Positions 60,470-62,344 of a stretch of 62,344 nucleotides of DNA are shown piece after piece; position 1 is the stretch's first letter, and each line of letters starts with the position of its first letter. The stretch comes from Chiloscyllium plagiosum. Lineage: Eukaryota. Location of the stretch: contig NC_057751.1 in the NCBI RefSeq assembly GCF_004010195.1, positions 7,300,553-7,362,896 of the forward strand, in the 5' to 3' direction. The notes beneath the pieces were generated by a model. The model worked only from the letters and a program-made list of their open reading frames with translations, was not told where the DNA came from and ran no database searches. The translations under genes and the position numbers were made by a program.

Positions 60470-61325
60470 CTCGAGATGTACTGCAAAGAAACAGACCCTT
60501 CTGTACAACACATCAATACCAATCAGATGTCCTAAGTTAATCTAGTTGCTTTTGCCAGCATTGGGCCCATATCCTTTAAACCCTCCTATTCACATACCCA
60601 TTCAGATGCTTTTGGAATGTTTTATTTGTGCCCGCCTCCACCATTTGTCTGATTAGATTAGATTACTTACAGTGTGGAAACAGGCCCTTCGGCCCAACAA
60701 GTCCACACCGACCCGCCGAAGCGCAACCCGCCCATACCCCTACATGTACCCCTTTTTACCTAACACTACGGGCAATTTAGTATGGCCAATTCACCTGACC
60801 TGCACATCTTTGTGACTGTGGGAGGAAACCGGAGCACCCAGAGGAAACCCACGCAGACACGGGGAGAATGTGCAAACTCCACACAGTCAGTCGCCTGAGG
60901 CGGGAATTGAACCCGGGTCTCTGGCGCTGTGAGGCAGCAGTGCTAACCATTGTGTCAAGGGCGGCAGCAGTGCTAACCACTGTGCCACCGTGCCGCCCGT
61001 CTGGTATCTCGTTCCATACATACACCATCCTCTGCGTGAAAAAGTTGCCTCTTCAGTCTTTTTTCTCTCTTCCCCCTCATTTTAAACCAATGCCATCCAG
61101 TTTTGGATTTCCCTGTCCTGGGGAACAGACCTTGGCTATTCACCCTATTCATGCCCATCATGATTTTATGAAGCTCTGTGGGGCCACCCATCAGCTTCCA
61201 ACGCTCCAGGGAAAATAGCTCCCACCTATTTGGCCTCTCCCCATAGCTCAAACCCTTCAACCCCAGCAAAAGCCTTGTAAATCTTTTTCTGCAATCTGTC
61301 AAGTTTAACATCTTTCCTATAATTC
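60470..61325 (-). mobile_element. CR1 3' fragment hosting a SINE insertion
   Basis: ORF 60973-61383 ..LKGLSYGERPNRWELFSLERWKL..; tail at about 60470. Confidence 0.8.
60652..60998 (-). mobile_element. Young HE1-like V-SINE with a duplicated head and 5-bp TSD (gtctg)
   Basis: Closely similar to 47581-47899; gtctg at 60647-60651 and 60999-61003. Confidence 0.92.
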
Positions 61326-62197
61326 TAGCCTCCATTTCACTCCCAATTTTAATTGTTCCACATTGATGGTTGTGCTTTCTCACTGATTAATATCTCTGCT
61401 TCTCTACCTTACTTTCATCCTTACAGCTTGATGCCCATGAATCCTCATGTGGCTTGTTGCCATACTTTGAAAAACTTTCTTGTCAAGTGCCTTGCAATGT
61501 TTGATAATATGAATGGTCTGTAAATACAAGAATTTGTTTTGCATGGGGGAGTGTTCTATATAAGGTTTTTAATTTATGAATGTCTTTGCTGAATTGCCTG
61601 GCTCTGATTTTCAGAACATGTCCCCTTGTCCTATACTCTCTGAGGGGGAGAAAACGTTTTCTGTAGTTACTCTATCAATTCCTTTTGAAGTCCATAACTG
61701 CACCTTTAATGTGGTTGCTGTTAACCACAGGAAGTTGTGCCTTTCAAATGCAGGATGACACATTCACAACAAAGCTGTTAGTGCAGAAGAGGTATGCTGA
61801 TCCTGTTGTGAAAGTGAAAGAGATTTGAAGCCACAAACATTTTCAAGAGCCTGTTTCCTGACACCACAGCCAATGGAGATGACATTGTGATTTGAGACAA
61901 AAGGTTGTTATTCATTGCAAAGAATGTCTCCCTGCAACTGGTTTTGCTAGGTTGCTGAATTATGAAATGAATCCCTGAAACACTATGCCTCTTTCATACA
62001 TGCACCCAAAAAGCTCCCATTGTGTGCATTTCATGCATCAGGAGGAAATCATGCGAAATCTTTTCTGGGGAATTGGGTAAGCTAATGAAATGGAAAAAGG
62101 ACAAATTGATAAGACACTTGATAAATTACTTGAGGGACATGGCTTTATGAATTGAGTTTGTTGAATAGAAAACAAGGTAGTCATGCTAATTTATTTG

Positions 62198-62344
62198 GTA
62201 AAACCAATGACTGCAGATGCTGGAAACCAGATTCTGGATCAATGGTGCTGGAAGAGCACAGCAGTTCAGGCAGCATCCGAGGAGCTTCAGCAAAATCGAC
62301 GTTTCGGGCAAAAGCCCTTCATCAGGAATAAAGGCAGAGAGCCT
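62198..62344. mobile_element. Palindromic Penelope-derived element or PLE terminus (runs off the window)
   Basis: taaaaccaatgactgcagatgctgg..ggtgctggaagagcacagcagttcaggcagcatccgagg.. same family as 46631. Confidence 0.85.
62296..62327 (-). ncRNA. Minimal hammerhead ribozyme motif with intact core
   Basis: Minus strand uc-CUGAUGA-A-GGGC-UUUU-GCCC-GAAA-C-GUC-ga has the core boxes, a perfect stem II and a GUC site; stem I is weak. Confidence 0.65.

Overview
This is repeat-dominated, CpG-depleted vertebrate genomic DNA. The repeat repertoire (HER1-type CR1 LINEs, HE1-type V-SINEs, Deu-domain SINEs, Penelope-derived palindromes) points to a cartilaginous fish, probably a shark; this is an inference. 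I could not recognise any intact host protein-coding gene, and the recognisable ORFs in the track are decayed transposon fragments or their antisense shadows. The main contents are many CR1 fragments, including one near-full-length copy with a zinc-finger/esterase ORF1, and a Penelope-like element with inverted arms nested in a solo LTR. There is also a Tx1-clade LINE whose ORF1 resembles ZCCHC3, Gypsy-type solo LTRs with an integrase remnant, L2 and RTE remnants, SINEs and a Tigger-like MITE. The most interesting signals are minimal hammerhead-ribozyme motifs in the Penelope element and in a family of short palindromic retro-elements with 11-16 bp TSDs, an inverted pair of chimeric Harbinger-Myb/SANT plus CR1-tail units, a young poly(A) insertion with a perfect 14-bp TSD, and several repeat-free islands carrying candidate small exons. 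Most repeat boundaries are approximate (tens of bp), and family names were assigned by eye without a database search.
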